Below, piece after piece: positions 1 to 9,624 of a stretch of DNA of 64,000 nt (position 1 is its first letter; every line of letters begins with the position of its first letter). The notes beneath the pieces were generated by a model. That model was not told the origin of the DNA. It searched no databases and saw nothing but the letters and a program-made list of their open reading frames with translations. The stretch spans positions 40,225 through 104,224 of the forward strand of contig CACEAR010000002.1 in assembly GCA_902557575.1 (NCBI GenBank), read 5' to 3'. The DNA is from an uncultured SAR86 cluster bacterium. GTDB taxonomy: Bacteria; Pseudomonadota; Gammaproteobacteria; Magnimaribacterales; D2472. A program made the translations under genes and the position numbers.

Positions 1-3000
1 TGAAATTAGATCAAACTCCGACTTTGCGTCATCTTTGTTGTCTCTTATAGATTTGATGCGATATGAGACCTGAGACCAAGCCTGCTCGAGCTCTGCAATG
101 TCTCTTGAGAATAATTTATCCTTATTTTTATCAAGAATATCAAAGTTACTTCCGCCTATTTTTCCTAAATACTGGAATATAAGGTTTTGAGAATGTGCTG
201 ATTGCTCTAATTCTTTTATTTTAGATTCATTTATTTGGATAATTGCTCCGATCTCTTCAGAAAATAAGAATTGCTCCGGCGAAACCTGAAAATTGTTATC
301 CAGCGAAATTGAACATCCTATTTTATTTGTAAAGCAAAGTTCAGATAAGGTGGCAAGGATTCCTCCATCAGAAATATCATGAAGCGCATGAATATTTTTT
401 TTATTTACTCCTTCCTGAATAAAATTAAACAAATTTATCAGCTCTTCGGATGAAATATCTGGTGTATCAGTAAATGATGTTTCAAAAATATCTTGATAAA
501 TTGATCCATTCAATCTAAAAAAATTATTTGGTTTTACTAAAACCAAGCATGGATCTTCTAAGTTTTTATACTCTGTAGTTATTGACGTTCTTACGTCTTT
601 GACAGGTGCCATAGCTGAAATGATTCCTGTCATTGGACTTTTAACGGTGAAGTTTGATTGATCTTTTTCCCAAGTTGTTCTCATGGACAAAGAATCTTTA
701 CCAACAGGAATTGCTATCCCGAGATCAATACAAAAGTTTGATAGTGCTTCCACTCCTTTTCTAAGATTTAAATCTTCAATATTTTCTCCACATGCTGCCA
801 TCCAGTTAGCTGATGCTCTTATAGAAGAAATAGATTCAATTGGAACTGACATCATATTGGTTACTGCTTCGGCTACTGCTATTCGCATTGAAGCAGCTGC
901 ATTATGAATGGATAAAGCTGGTCTCTCTCCAATACTCATGACTTCTCCGCAAACATCATCAAAAGACCTCAAGGACATAGCATAGTTTGATGTAGGTACT
1001 TGCCACTTTCCAACAAATTGATCTCTTGCAACCATTCCTCCTACCGATCTATCACCGATAGTAATTAAAAAAGATTTTGAGCCAACCGTTGGATGACTAA
1101 GAACATTTTCAGCACTTTTATCAATATGTTTTTTAACAGACTCTTTTGCTTTTGGATCAAGCTCAGAAATATCTAAATCATTATCTGCATCTATTGCTAT
1201 CTTTTGCTCAACATTAAAAACATTTTTTTCTTCTTGGACGACTTTCTTTTCTAGTGGCAGTTCACCAAACAGCATAGATAAGGGTACATCCACTGGATAG
1301 TTATTAACACTTTCATCAAAAAGTTTTACATATTTTTCAGTTATTGTTTTTCCTACAACTGCAAAAGGACAACGTTCTCTCTCACAAATTTCTCTAAATA
1401 GTTCTTCGTTATTAGAATGAATGCTTAAAACATATCTTTCCTGAGATTCGTTTGACCAGATTTCCATCGGTGACATTGAGAGATCTGCGCATGGAATGTC
1501 TTTAAGATTTATATATACTCCCAATTCACTATCTTTAGCTAGTTCTGGTATTGCATTTGAAAGACCACCTGCACCTACATCATGAATAAACTCTATGATG
1601 CTTGGATTTTTATTATTACAAGTATTAATTACTTCTTGGCACCGTCTTTCCATTTCTGCGTTATCTCTTTGTACTGATGCAAAATCTAAATCCTCATCAC
1701 TTTGTCCTGATGACATTGATGATGCAGCGCCGCCGCCAAGACCAATCAGCATTGATGGACCACCTAAAACAATTACTAAATAGTCCTCACTAATTTGTTT
1801 TTTAAAATTATTCCTATCAATAATCTCTCCGATTCCACCTGCAAGCATAATTGGTTTGTGATAACCGTATGCTGTTGAATCTTTAAAAGAAGTTTCAAAA
1901 CTTCTGAAGTAACCTAATATTGATGGGCGACCAAATTCATTATTAAATGCTGCGCCTCCGAGAGGTGCATCAACCATTATTTCAAGCGGCGAAGCGATCC
2001 TTTCTGGTTTATTCTCATCGTCCTCCCAAGGGCGAATAAAGTCAGGGAGTCTCAAGTTAGAAACATTAAACCCAACCAAGCCAACTTTTGGCTTTGCTCC
2101 CATTCCAGTTGCACCCTCATCTCTTATTTCTCCACCTGATCCTGTAGACGCTCCTGGAAATGGTGAAATTGCGGTCGGGTGATTATGAGTTTCTACCTTT
2201 ATAGTTGAATTAATCTTTTCTTGAATGAGTTCATAAGTTTGATCATCATTTACTGAAAGCCTTTTAGTATTAACACCTTCAACAATGGCGGCATTATCTT
2301 TATAGGCAGAAATAATATTTTTTGGCGACTCTTTACTGGTCTTTTTAATAAGCTGAAATAAAGAATCTTCTTTTTCTTCCCCATCTACTTGCCAGTTGGT
2401 GTTAAAAATCTTATGCCTGCAATGTTCTGAGTTTGCTTGTGAGAACATCATGAGTTCAGCATCGGTAGGATTTCTATTAATCGAATTATAAAAATCTAAG
2501 AGATAATCTATTTCATCATTGGAAATTGCAAAACCATATTTTGTGTTTGCATCCTCAAGAGCTTTTTTCCCACCAGAAATAATATCAATCTCACCGAGGC
2601 TTCTTTTATCTAACTCAAAGAAAAATTCTGCTAACTCTTCAACTGTTGAGTAAATGGATTGAGTCATGCGATCAAAGACCGAGGAAAGGTCAAGGTTTGA
2701 ATTAGGTTCTAAGTTAGAAATCTTAAAGCCATAAAACCTCTCAATTCTGGATATTCCAACAATCCCAACATTTTTAAAAATATCTTCAGTTTTTGAAGAC
2801 CAAGGACTAATGGTTGATCTTCTAGGTCCCACAAAAAAATCAAATTCTTCAGCTAGCTCCTTGCAGCCAAGAATTGTTTTACATCTATCAAGCTCATTAC
2901 AAGACTCCTCTGCACTAACTAAGAAAACCTCTATACATTCAATAGTCGCTTTAGAATTATTTGAAAAATTGAATTCGTCAGTAAGCTTGGCGGCAGTTGC

Positions 3001-3051
3001 CGAAGAAAAGGCATTTCCCCCTGAGAAGATATTAATTTTTAAATTTGGCAC
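1..3051 (-). CDS. purL: Phosphoribosylformylglycinamidine synthase (large form), 3' end runs off the window
   Basis: Missing from the ORF track because it has no stop in the window. Hand translation of the minus strand from GTG at 3051 gives MPNLKINIFSGGNAFS and the motifs NPTDAELMMFSQANSEHCRHKIFN and KVETHNHPTAISPFPGASTGSGGEIRDEGATG; frame open at base 1. Confidence 0.95.
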   Translation of the reverse strand, partial: MPNLKINIFSGGNAFSSATAAKLTDEFNFSNNSKATIECIEVFLVSAEESCNELDRCKTILGCKELAEEFDFFVGPRRSTISPWSSKTEDIFKNVGIVGISRIERFYGFKISNLEPNSNLDLSSVFDRMTQSIYSTVEELAEFFFELDKRSLGEIDIISGGKKALEDANTKYGFAISNDEIDYLLDFYNSINRNPTDAELMMFSQANSEHCRHKIFNTNWQVDGEEKEDSLFQLIKKTSKESPKNIISAYKDNAAIVEGVNTKRLSVNDDQTYELIQEKINSTIKVETHNHPTAISPFPGASTGSGGEIRDEGATGMGAKPKVGLVGFNVSNLRLPDFIRPWEDDENKPERIASPLEIMVDAPLGGAAFNNEFGRPSILGYFRSFETSFKDSTAYGYHKPIMLAGGIGEIIDRNNFKKQISEDYLVIVLGGPSMLIGLGGGAASSMSSGQSDEDLDFASVQRDNAEMERRCQEVINTCNNKNPSIIEFIHDVGAGGLSNAIPELAKDSELGVYINLKDIPCADLSMSPMEIWSNESQERYVLSIHSNNEELFREICERERCPFAVVGKTITEKYVKLFDESVNNYPVDVPLSMLFGELPLEKKVVQEEKNVFNVEQKIAIDADNDLDISELDPKAKESVKKHIDKSAENVLSHPTVGSKSFLITIGDRSVGGMVARDQFVGKWQVPTSNYAMSLRSFDDVCGEVMSIGERPALSIHNAAASMRIAVAEAVTNMMSVPIESISSIRASANWMAACGENIEDLNLRKGVEALSNFCIDLGIAIPVGKDSLSMRTTWEKDQSNFTVKSPMTGIISAMAPVKDVRTSITTEYKNLEDPCLVLVKPNNFFRLNGSIYQDIFETSFTDTPDISSEELINLFNFIQEGVNKKNIHALHDISDGGILATLSELCFTNKIGCSISLDNNFQVSPEQFLFSEEIGAIIQINESKIKELEQSAHSQNLIFQYLGKIGGSNFDILDKNKDKLFSRDIAELEQAWSQVSYRIKSIRDNKDDAKSEFDLIS

Positions 3052-3115
3052 TTATTAAAGATTTAAAAACCTTAATACAATTATAGGATAAAAACTTTGC
3101 TCAAACAGCAGCAAT

Positions 3116-5125
3116 CTAGACTTCTATTAACTTTCTTTTAAGTTCTTTAATTTTATCTCTGCAATAAGCAGCTTTTTCAAACTCAGTTTGATTTGCATAC
3201 TTATACATCTGCTCTTCAAGCTTATTAATTGATTTTGAGATTTCATCAGGATTTGACTCTTTGATTCTAAATTTCAGATCTTTCGAATAGTCTTGGGGTC
3301 TGTTCTTAGAGGCTCTCTTATTTACTCTTGCACCTTCCATAATATCTTTTACTTCTTTTTTAATCGACTGAGGTTTAATATTATTTTTTTCATTAAACTC
3401 TAGCTGGATATCTCGCCTTCTTGAAGTTTCAGCTAAAGCTCGCTCCATTGATCCAGTTTTTTTATCTGCATACAAAATTGCTTTTCCTCTTAAGTTTCTG
3501 GCTGCTCTTCCTATGGTTTGAATAAGAGTCGTTTCGGATCTTAAAAAACCTTCTTTATCTGCATCTAGAATTGCCACGAGGCTCACCTCGGGAATATCGA
3601 GCCCTTCTCTTAATAAATTAATTCCTACTAAAACATCGAACTTACCAAGCCTAAGATCTCGAATAATTTCTACCCTTTCAACAGTATCAATATCTGAATG
3701 CATATATCGTGTTTTAATATCGTTCTCATTAAGATAATCGGTCAGATCCTCTGCCATTCTTTTAGTCAAAGTAGTTATGAGCACTCTTTCCTTTAGCATT
3801 GCTCTCTCATTACATTCACCAATCACATCATCAACCTGAGATGTAGCTGGTCTTATTTCAACTTCTGGATCCGTTAAACCAGTTGGTCTTACAAGAAGCT
3901 CAACTAAGTTATCATTCCTTTCTGACTCATACTTATTAGGTGTAGCGGAGACATAAATTCTTTGCGATGCAAGTAACTCCCACTCTTCAAATCTTAATGG
4001 CCTATTATCTACAGCAGATGGAAGCCTGAAACCATACTCAACTAAGGTTTCTTTTCTTGATCTATCACCTTTATACATGGCGCCTATTTGTGGAACTGTT
4101 ACGTGAGACTCATCGATAAAAACTAAAGCATTTTTTGGAACATAGTCAAACAAGCAAGGCGGCGGTTCTCCAGACTCTCTGCCTGAAAGATAGCGAGAGT
4201 AATTCTCGATACCTTGACAATAGCCCAGCTCACGCATCATTTCTAAATCATATTGAGTTCTCTCTTGAAGTCTTTGAGCCTCAACTAATTTATTATTTTC
4301 CTTTAAAAAAGCTAGCCTATCTTTGAGTTCATCTTCAATATCAGGTATGCATGCATTGATTTTTTCTCTTGGAGTTACATAGTGAGTTTTTGGAAAGATA
4401 GTAGCTCTTGGTGTTTCTGAAATAATCTCGCCTGTTAGTGAGTCGATCCATAGGAGACTTTCAATTTCATCTCCAAACATCTGGATGCGCAATGCTTCTC
4501 TCTCTGAGTCAGCTGGATATACATCTATAGTGTCTCCTCTCACTCTAAAAGTTGATCTTCTAAAATCAAGGTCATTTCTGGTGTATTGCATAACAGATAG
4601 CTTTTTTAAAAGTTGCCTTTGATCAACTTCATCACCTCTGTCTAAATGCATTACCATCTCTAAATAAGACTCAGGCGCTCCTAATCCATAAATGGATGAA
4701 ACTGTTGCAACAACAATTGCATCTTTTCTCTCTATAAGCGCTTTTGTTGCAGATAAGCGCATCTGCTCAATATGCTCATTAATTGATGCATCTTTGGCTA
4801 TATAAGTATCTGAGGCCGGGACATAGGCCTCAGGCTGGTAATAGTCATAGTAAGAAACAAAATACTCAACAGAATTATTTGGAAAAAAATCTCTAAATTC
4901 ACCATAGAGTTGAGCCGCAAGAGTTTTGTTATGGGCCATTATTATTGCTGGACGTTGTGTCTCCTCAATAACTTTTGCCATAGTGTATGTTTTACCAGAG
5001 CCGGTTACACCCAAAAGAACTTGATGGAGCAAACCATTATCTATACCCGATACCAGACTTTTAATTGCCTGAGGTTGAGTTCCAGCTGGATCAAAATTAC
5101 TTACTACTTCAAGTTTTTTCGTCAT
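3116..5125 (-). CDS. uvrB: Excinuclease ABC subunit B
   Basis: GVTGSGKT Walker [11 protein letters not shown] beta-hairpin, DESH, C-terminal UVR coiled coil (FEKAAYCRD). Confidence 0.98.
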   Translation of the reverse strand: MTKKLEVVSNFDPAGTQPQAIKSLVSGIDNGLLHQVLLGVTGSGKTYTMAKVIEETQRPAIIMAHNKTLAAQLYGEFRDFFPNNSVEYFVSYYDYYQPEAYVPASDTYIAKDASINEHIEQMRLSATKALIERKDAIVVATVSSIYGLGAPESYLEMVMHLDRGDEVDQRQLLKKLSVMQYTRNDLDFRRSTFRVRGDTIDVYPADSEREALRIQMFGDEIESLLWIDSLTGEIISETPRATIFPKTHYVTPREKINACIPDIEDELKDRLAFLKENNKLVEAQRLQERTQYDLEMMRELGYCQGIENYSRYLSGRESGEPPPCLFDYVPKNALVFIDESHVTVPQIGAMYKGDRSRKETLVEYGFRLPSAVDNRPLRFEEWELLASQRIYVSATPNKYESERNDNLVELLVRPTGLTDPEVEIRPATSQVDDVIGECNERAMLKERVLITTLTKRMAEDLTDYLNENDIKTRYMHSDIDTVERVEIIRDLRLGKFDVLVGINLLREGLDIPEVSLVAILDADKEGFLRSETTLIQTIGRAARNLRGKAILYADKKTGSMERALAETSRRRDIQLEFNEKNNIKPQSIKKEVKDIMEGARVNKRASKNRPQDYSKDLKFRIKESNPDEISKSINKLEEQMYKYANQTEFEKAAYCRDKIKELKRKLIEV

Positions 5126-5153
5126 TTATTTCTTACTAATTAAATAAAAATTA

Positions 5154-5161
5154 ATTATAAT
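5154..5161. promoter_or_regulatory. Palindromic ATTATAAT giving a TATAAT -10 on both strands (candidate bidirectional uvrB/tRNA-Asn promoter)
   Basis: ATTATAAT in the 47-bp gap between the divergent uvrB and tRNA genes. Confidence 0.45.
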
Positions 5162-5172
5162 GCTTTTCACGC

Positions 5173-5247
5173 TCCCCTGTAGCTCAGCGGTAGAGCAGTT
5201 GACTGTTAATCAATTGGTCGTGTGTTCGATCCACACCGGGGGAGCCA
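5173..5247 (+). tRNA. tRNA-Asn(GTT)
   Basis: Acceptor stem TCCCCTG/CGGGGGA, D arm GCTC..GAGC, anticodon arm GTTGA-CTGTTAA-TCAAT, T arm GTGTG-TTCGATC-CACAC, encoded CCA. Confidence 0.97.
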
Positions 5248-5268
5248 TAGTTAATTTATACTGCTACC

Positions 5269-5775
5269 ATGAAAAAAATTTTCTCACTTTTACTACTTAT
5301 TATATCTATGAGCACTTTTTCTGATATTTCAAATAATCCTTCCAGTTGGTATATCGTTACTGATCAAGTTATGGGGGGCAAGTCAGAATTAGAAGCCGGT
5401 TTTGATGATGGTGTATTCAGTTTAAAAGGCTATGTAACCACTGTTAATAATGGTGGTTTCGTAAGGTTAGCTCACAGACCAGATAGCGTTGATAAAGAGG
5501 TTAAGGGTATTCGCTTTATGGCAAAAGGAAATAATGAAACTTATGAGGTACATGTTACTATGCAGGGCTTAAGGATGCCTCCATGGGCATATCACAGCTC
5601 AACTTTTGATGTTACTTCTGAGTGGCAAATGTTTGAAATTAATTTCTCAGATTTCGAAAAAAAATCTGGTATGTCGCCAAGGCTAAACCCTAGCAATATT
5701 AGAGATATTAGTTTTGCTGGGTATGGTAGAGACTTCGATGTCGATTTAAAAGTCAAAGAAATCTCTTTTTATTAA
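5269..5775 (+). CDS. CIA30 family protein (carbohydrate-binding-like fold) with signal peptide
   Basis: DQVMGGKS and NNGGF motifs typical of CIA30; hydrophobic N-terminus. Confidence 0.8.
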   Translation: MKKIFSLLLLIISMSTFSDISNNPSSWYIVTDQVMGGKSELEAGFDDGVFSLKGYVTTVNNGGFVRLAHRPDSVDKEVKGIRFMAKGNNETYEVHVTMQGLRMPPWAYHSSTFDVTSEWQMFEINFSDFEKKSGMSPRLNPSNIRDISFAGYGRDFDVDLKVKEISFY

Positions 5776-5779
5776 AATT

Positions 5780-6196
5780 TTAAGAGTTTTCAACAAAAAA
5801 TTTTTTCAAGAGTTTAAATATATTTTCTCTGGTCCTTCGAAATTCTTTTTCTAACTGTTGATCTGAATAACTATCGTTATCAGGATCCTCATTTGCCCAA
5901 TGAATTTTTTTTGCTTTGTTGTTAAGGGTTGGACAGAATTCCTCAGCACACAAGGTAATTATGTAATCAACATCATTCATAAACTCCATATCAAGATCTT
6001 CTAAACTCTTCGATTCATAATTAGAAATATCAATTCCTATTTCTTTCATGGTACTAATTGCATTTTTATGCACTGAGCCACTGGGTTGAGATCCTGCGCT
6101 TCGAATATTGTATTCAGAACCCATCATCGACTTTGCTAGACCTTCAGCAATTTGACTTCGAGCTGAGTTGCCAACACAGAGAAATAAGATATTCAT
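5780..6196 (-). CDS. arsC: Thioredoxin-dependent arsenate reductase / LMW-PTPase family protein
   Basis: P-loop CVGNSARS (CX5R), downstream cysteine pair TLCAEEFCP, HW..EDP. Confidence 0.8.
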   Translation of the reverse strand: MNILFLCVGNSARSQIAEGLAKSMMGSEYNIRSAGSQPSGSVHKNAISTMKEIGIDISNYESKSLEDLDMEFMNDVDYIITLCAEEFCPTLNNKAKKIHWANEDPDNDSYSDQQLEKEFRRTRENIFKLLKKFFVENS

Positions 6197-6200
6197 TGTT

Positions 6201-6228
6201 AAAATTTGGGCAGGATTAACCTGCCCAA
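6201..6228 (-). terminator. Rho-independent terminator-like hairpin
   Basis: Perfect 9-bp inverted repeat TTGGGCAGG-attaa-CCTGCCCAA followed on the minus strand by ATTTT, just after the stop of 6235..6666. Confidence 0.7.
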
Positions 6229-6234
6229 TGAGAG

Positions 6235-6666
6235 TTATTTAAAGTTTACTTTTCTTAAAACAACAAGGTCTACGATTTCTCTCATATCACCGTAGCCGCC
6301 AGCTATTTCACTCTGATCATCTTCAGAGATCTTTTTTCTCCATGCTTCCATAAATTCCAAATATTTTTCTTTATCAGGGCCCATTGCAGCAAGATTTTCA
6401 TAAGTAATTGTTAAGAAGACATTTGGGTCTGTCCCAGCAGTGCTTGCAGTATAGACCGCACATCCAACAATATGTCCAAGCTCTTTTTGGATTTCACAAG
6501 AATCAACCCAAGTTCTTTTGATTCCCATAAGGTAATCATCAAGCATGTTTGCTTTTACCTTAACAACAGTCATTTCTGTAACTTGCTCAGCAGGCTCATA
6601 ATCTACCCAGATCTCAGCAAAGCTAAAGAAAGGAACAAGTAGTGACAAAAATAGAATTTTTTTCAT
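6235..6666 (-). CDS. Hypothetical secreted protein
   Basis: 143-aa ORF, signal peptide ending SFA, consensus AGGAGG ribosome-binding site, downstream hairpin. Confidence 0.8.
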   Translation of the reverse strand: MKKILFLSLLVPFFSFAEIWVDYEPAEQVTEMTVVKVKANMLDDYLMGIKRTWVDSCEIQKELGHIVGCAVYTASTAGTDPNVFLTITYENLAAMGPDKEKYLEFMEAWRKKISEDDQSEIAGGYGDMREIVDLVVLRKVNFK

Positions 6667-6752
6667 AATTTCCTCCTAAATTTCTAAGTAACTACGATAC
6701 CACTAGACTCAAAGAAATTGAAAAAATATTTTGTTACCATTAATGCGTAGAA

Positions 6753-7856
6753 ATGAAAATATCAAAAGAAAAGCTGCTAAATAAAACTACCTCTCATGAA
6801 CCTGAATTTATTGAGGCATTGGAACTTTTAGTAAATGACATTAATGCAAATGAAGAAATAAATATGTTTGGCATTATTGCTTTTATGCATCAATTACATA
6901 ATCGGATGAATGTTAGAGAGAAGATTTATAAGTTTGCAGCAAATAAAGATATGCCTGATCCAGCAGCACCTATTATCGTAACAGGCCTTCCTCGATCAGG
7001 AACTACTTTTCTCTTTGATATTCTCTGTAATGATGAAGATCATAGAAGTCCGCTTTACTGGGAAATAACAAGGCCCCTTCCATGGCTAGAAAAAGGAAGT
7101 TGGCGAGAGTCGCTTAGGATTTTTGCAACTGATGCTGAGCTTCGTTTTGCCAGGCTTGTAGTGCCCATGCTCGATGCCATGCACAAGTTACGAGCTCTAT
7201 CTCCTGAGGAATGTGAGCAATTTAATACAGTGACTGCAAAGAGTGTTGTCTATATTTATATGTCTCATCTTCCAAACTATAAAAAGTTTCTAATGGAAAC
7301 AGATTTTACAAATGTATTTGAGTGGCATAAAAAGTTTTTCCAAATCTTAGAACTCTCAGGAAGACCTAAAAACTGGCTATTTAAAGATCCATCGCATATT
7401 GAACACATTCCTGAAATCTTAAAGATTTATCCAAAAGCAAGATTCATTCACATATTTAGAGATCCTATAAAATCAATTACCTCAACTTGCAGTCTTACTG
7501 AAAAACTTTGGAATGGACTGTGTAACCAAATTGATAGAGAACTTATTGGGAAACAAACGATTGAGTTTTGGGAAAATGCAATATTAAAAAATAAAGAAGG
7601 CAGGACATTGCTTGATTCAACAACAAACCTTGATATCGATTATGCCGATTTCATTAAAGATCCTATTGCGACAATGGAGAATATTTATGATTTTATTGAT
7701 AAACCCTTCGAGGAAACCATAAAAATCAAAATGGAATCTTATATAAAAAATCATAAAAAACACAAACATGGAAAGCACCACTATAAGCTCAAAGATTATG
7801 GTTTGACTGAGGAAATTATAGAAGATCGCATTGCCTCTAAATGGCAAATAAACTAG
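6753..7856 (+). CDS. Sulfotransferase family protein
   Basis: PAPS-binding [13 protein letters not shown] and HIFRDP....S motifs. Confidence 0.88.
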   Translation: MKISKEKLLNKTTSHEPEFIEALELLVNDINANEEINMFGIIAFMHQLHNRMNVREKIYKFAANKDMPDPAAPIIVTGLPRSGTTFLFDILCNDEDHRSPLYWEITRPLPWLEKGSWRESLRIFATDAELRFARLVVPMLDAMHKLRALSPEECEQFNTVTAKSVVYIYMSHLPNYKKFLMETDFTNVFEWHKKFFQILELSGRPKNWLFKDPSHIEHIPEILKIYPKARFIHIFRDPIKSITSTCSLTEKLWNGLCNQIDRELIGKQTIEFWENAILKNKEGRTLLDSTTNLDIDYADFIKDPIATMENIYDFIDKPFEETIKIKMESYIKNHKKHKHGKHHYKLKDYGLTEEIIEDRIASKWQIN

Positions 7857-7884
7857 TATTAATAAACATTTAAATTTAAAAGGT

Positions 7885-8406
7885 ATGAGTATGACAAAAA
7901 CAGTTATTGCAGTGGTTATTTCAACTTCTCTTGGTGATATTACTCTAGAGCTAGATAAAGAAAAGGCTCCAGGCACAGTTGAAAATTTTATAAATCTTGT
8001 TGAATCTGGATACTATGATGAGACTATCTTTCATAGAGTAATTGATGGTTTTATGGTGCAAGGAGGCGGCTTAACAGCTGATATGAGAACTAAGCCTTCT
8101 GGTTCTCAACCAATCCAAAATGAAGCTAATAATGGCTTATCAAATGACAGAGGAACTATTGCTATGGCAAGAACTGGTGATCCTCATTCAGCTACAAGTC
8201 AATTTTTTATCAACCATAAAGATAATAGTTTCTTAAATCACTCATCAGAAACTATGCGTGGTTGGGGATATGCGGTATTTGGGAAGGTAACGGATGGAAT
8301 GGATGTTGTTGATGCAATTGCTGTGGTTGATACCGGTAACTTTCAACAGTATGCAGATGTGCCAGTTGAGCCAATTATGATTCAATCGATATCTGTTATG
8401 GAATGA
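7885..8406 (+). CDS. ppiB: Cyclophilin-type peptidyl-prolyl cis-trans isomerase
   Basis: [33 protein letters not shown]; directly upstream of lpxH. Confidence 0.95.
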   Translation: MSMTKTVIAVVISTSLGDITLELDKEKAPGTVENFINLVESGYYDETIFHRVIDGFMVQGGGLTADMRTKPSGSQPIQNEANNGLSNDRGTIAMARTGDPHSATSQFFINHKDNSFLNHSSETMRGWGYAVFGKVTDGMDVVDAIAVVDTGNFQQYADVPVEPIMIQSISVME

Positions 8407-9131
8407 ATCCAATATATTTCATTTCAGACCTACATCTAAGTTCAGTTGAGTCACCTTCCACTAAATCATTCTTTGATTTCTTAGATAATAAAATACCTAC
8501 TCCTACTAGTCTTTATATACTAGGTGATTTATTTGAGGTTTGGATTGGAGATGATGATGATAGTGAACTTGCAGCAGTTATTCAGTCTAAGCTGAGTGAT
8601 TTTGCTAGCAAAGGGAATAAGCTTTTTTTTATTGCTGGCAATAGAGATTTTCTGCTTGATAAAAGCTTTGCAGCCTCGGCGGATATCGAAATCCTTGAAG
8701 ACCCCTACACAATAACCTTCAATGAAATGAAGATTATCATTAGTCATGGTGACTTTTTGTGCACTCATGACTCAGAATATATGGACTTTAGAAAACAAGT
8801 TCGATCTCAGGCTTGGAAGGATGACTTTCTCAGCAAACCCCTAGAGGAGAGAAAACAAATTGCAGACGATATGAGGGATGCCAGTAAGTCTGCTAGCAAA
8901 AATAAATCCTCTGAAATAACTGACGTAAATTTAAATGATGTAGATTCGTTTCTTCAAAAAGAAAGACCGGATCTTTTCATTCATGGCCATACTCATCGAC
9001 CTGATCTTCATGACTTAGAGTATGGAGATTATTCAACCCAGCGAATTGTTTTGGGAGATTGGGATACTTTTGGATGGTGCTTAAAACTTGATGCCAATGG
9101 TCCTGATTTATTTAAATTCAAGATTGAATAA
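8403..9131 (+). CDS. lpxH: UDP-2,3-diacylglucosamine diphosphatase
   Basis: DLH, GDLFE, GNRDF, HGD, GHTH metallophosphoesterase motifs; ppiB-lpxH synteny. Confidence 0.93.
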   Translation: MNPIYFISDLHLSSVESPSTKSFFDFLDNKIPTPTSLYILGDLFEVWIGDDDDSELAAVIQSKLSDFASKGNKLFFIAGNRDFLLDKSFAASADIEILEDPYTITFNEMKIIISHGDFLCTHDSEYMDFRKQVRSQAWKDDFLSKPLEERKQIADDMRDASKSASKNKSSEITDVNLNDVDSFLQKERPDLFIHGHTHRPDLHDLEYGDYSTQRIVLGDWDTFGWCLKLDANGPDLFKFKIE

Positions 9132-9135
9132 AGCG

Positions 9136-9173
9136 TTGAAACCTCTTTAAAAGTACTGTATATTTATACAGTA
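9136..9173 (+). promoter_or_regulatory. Sigma70 promoter with overlapping LexA (SOS) box upstream of umuD
   Basis: TTGAAA (9136-9141), 17-bp spacer, TATATT (9159-9164); SOS box TACTGTATATTTATACAGTA at 9154-9173 matches CTG-N10-CAG. Confidence 0.92.
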
Positions 9174-9192
9174 TTTTTAGCACTCCTATATT

Positions 9193-9624
9193 ATGAAAAT
9201 TAATTACATCGGTACGGTGATTGCAGATAATTTATCTGAATTAATGCTGCCATATTTCCAAGATATGGTGCATGCCGGATTCCCTAGTCCTGCAAGTGAT
9301 TTCATAGAATCACCTATAGACCTAAATAAATATTTAATAAAAAATAATGCTGCTACCTTTCTTGTCAGAGTAAGTGGAAAATCTATGATAGGTGCAGGCA
9401 TTAATGATGGTGCAACTCTCATAATAGACAGAAGTATTAAGCCCTCTCATAACAGCATCATAGTGGCAGCAGTTGATGGTGAGTTTGTTTGCAGAAGACT
9501 TAAAACTAAACCTAAATTATGCCTAGTTGCTGAAAATAAAGGCTATAAACCAATCTATATAAATAGCCAAATAGACTTCGAAGTAACTGGGCTAGTAACT
9601 TCAGTCATTAATCAATTTACATGA
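9193..9624 (+). CDS. umuD: DNA polymerase V accessory subunit UmuD (S24 peptidase family)
   Basis: HAGFPSPA cleavage region, GKSM serine motif, upstream SOS box, ATGA overlap with umuC; catalytic Lys position is Arg (see findings). Confidence 0.92.
   Translation: MKINYIGTVIADNLSELMLPYFQDMVHAGFPSPASDFIESPIDLNKYLIKNNAATFLVRVSGKSMIGAGINDGATLIIDRSIKPSHNSIIVAAVDGEFVCRRLKTKPKLCLVAENKGYKPIYINSQIDFEVTGLVTSVINQFT

Noticed and set aside
683..3058. Plus-strand ORFs 683..907, 1595..1783 and 2810..3058
   Set aside because: Antisense shadows of purL, which is open on the minus strand with clear motifs.
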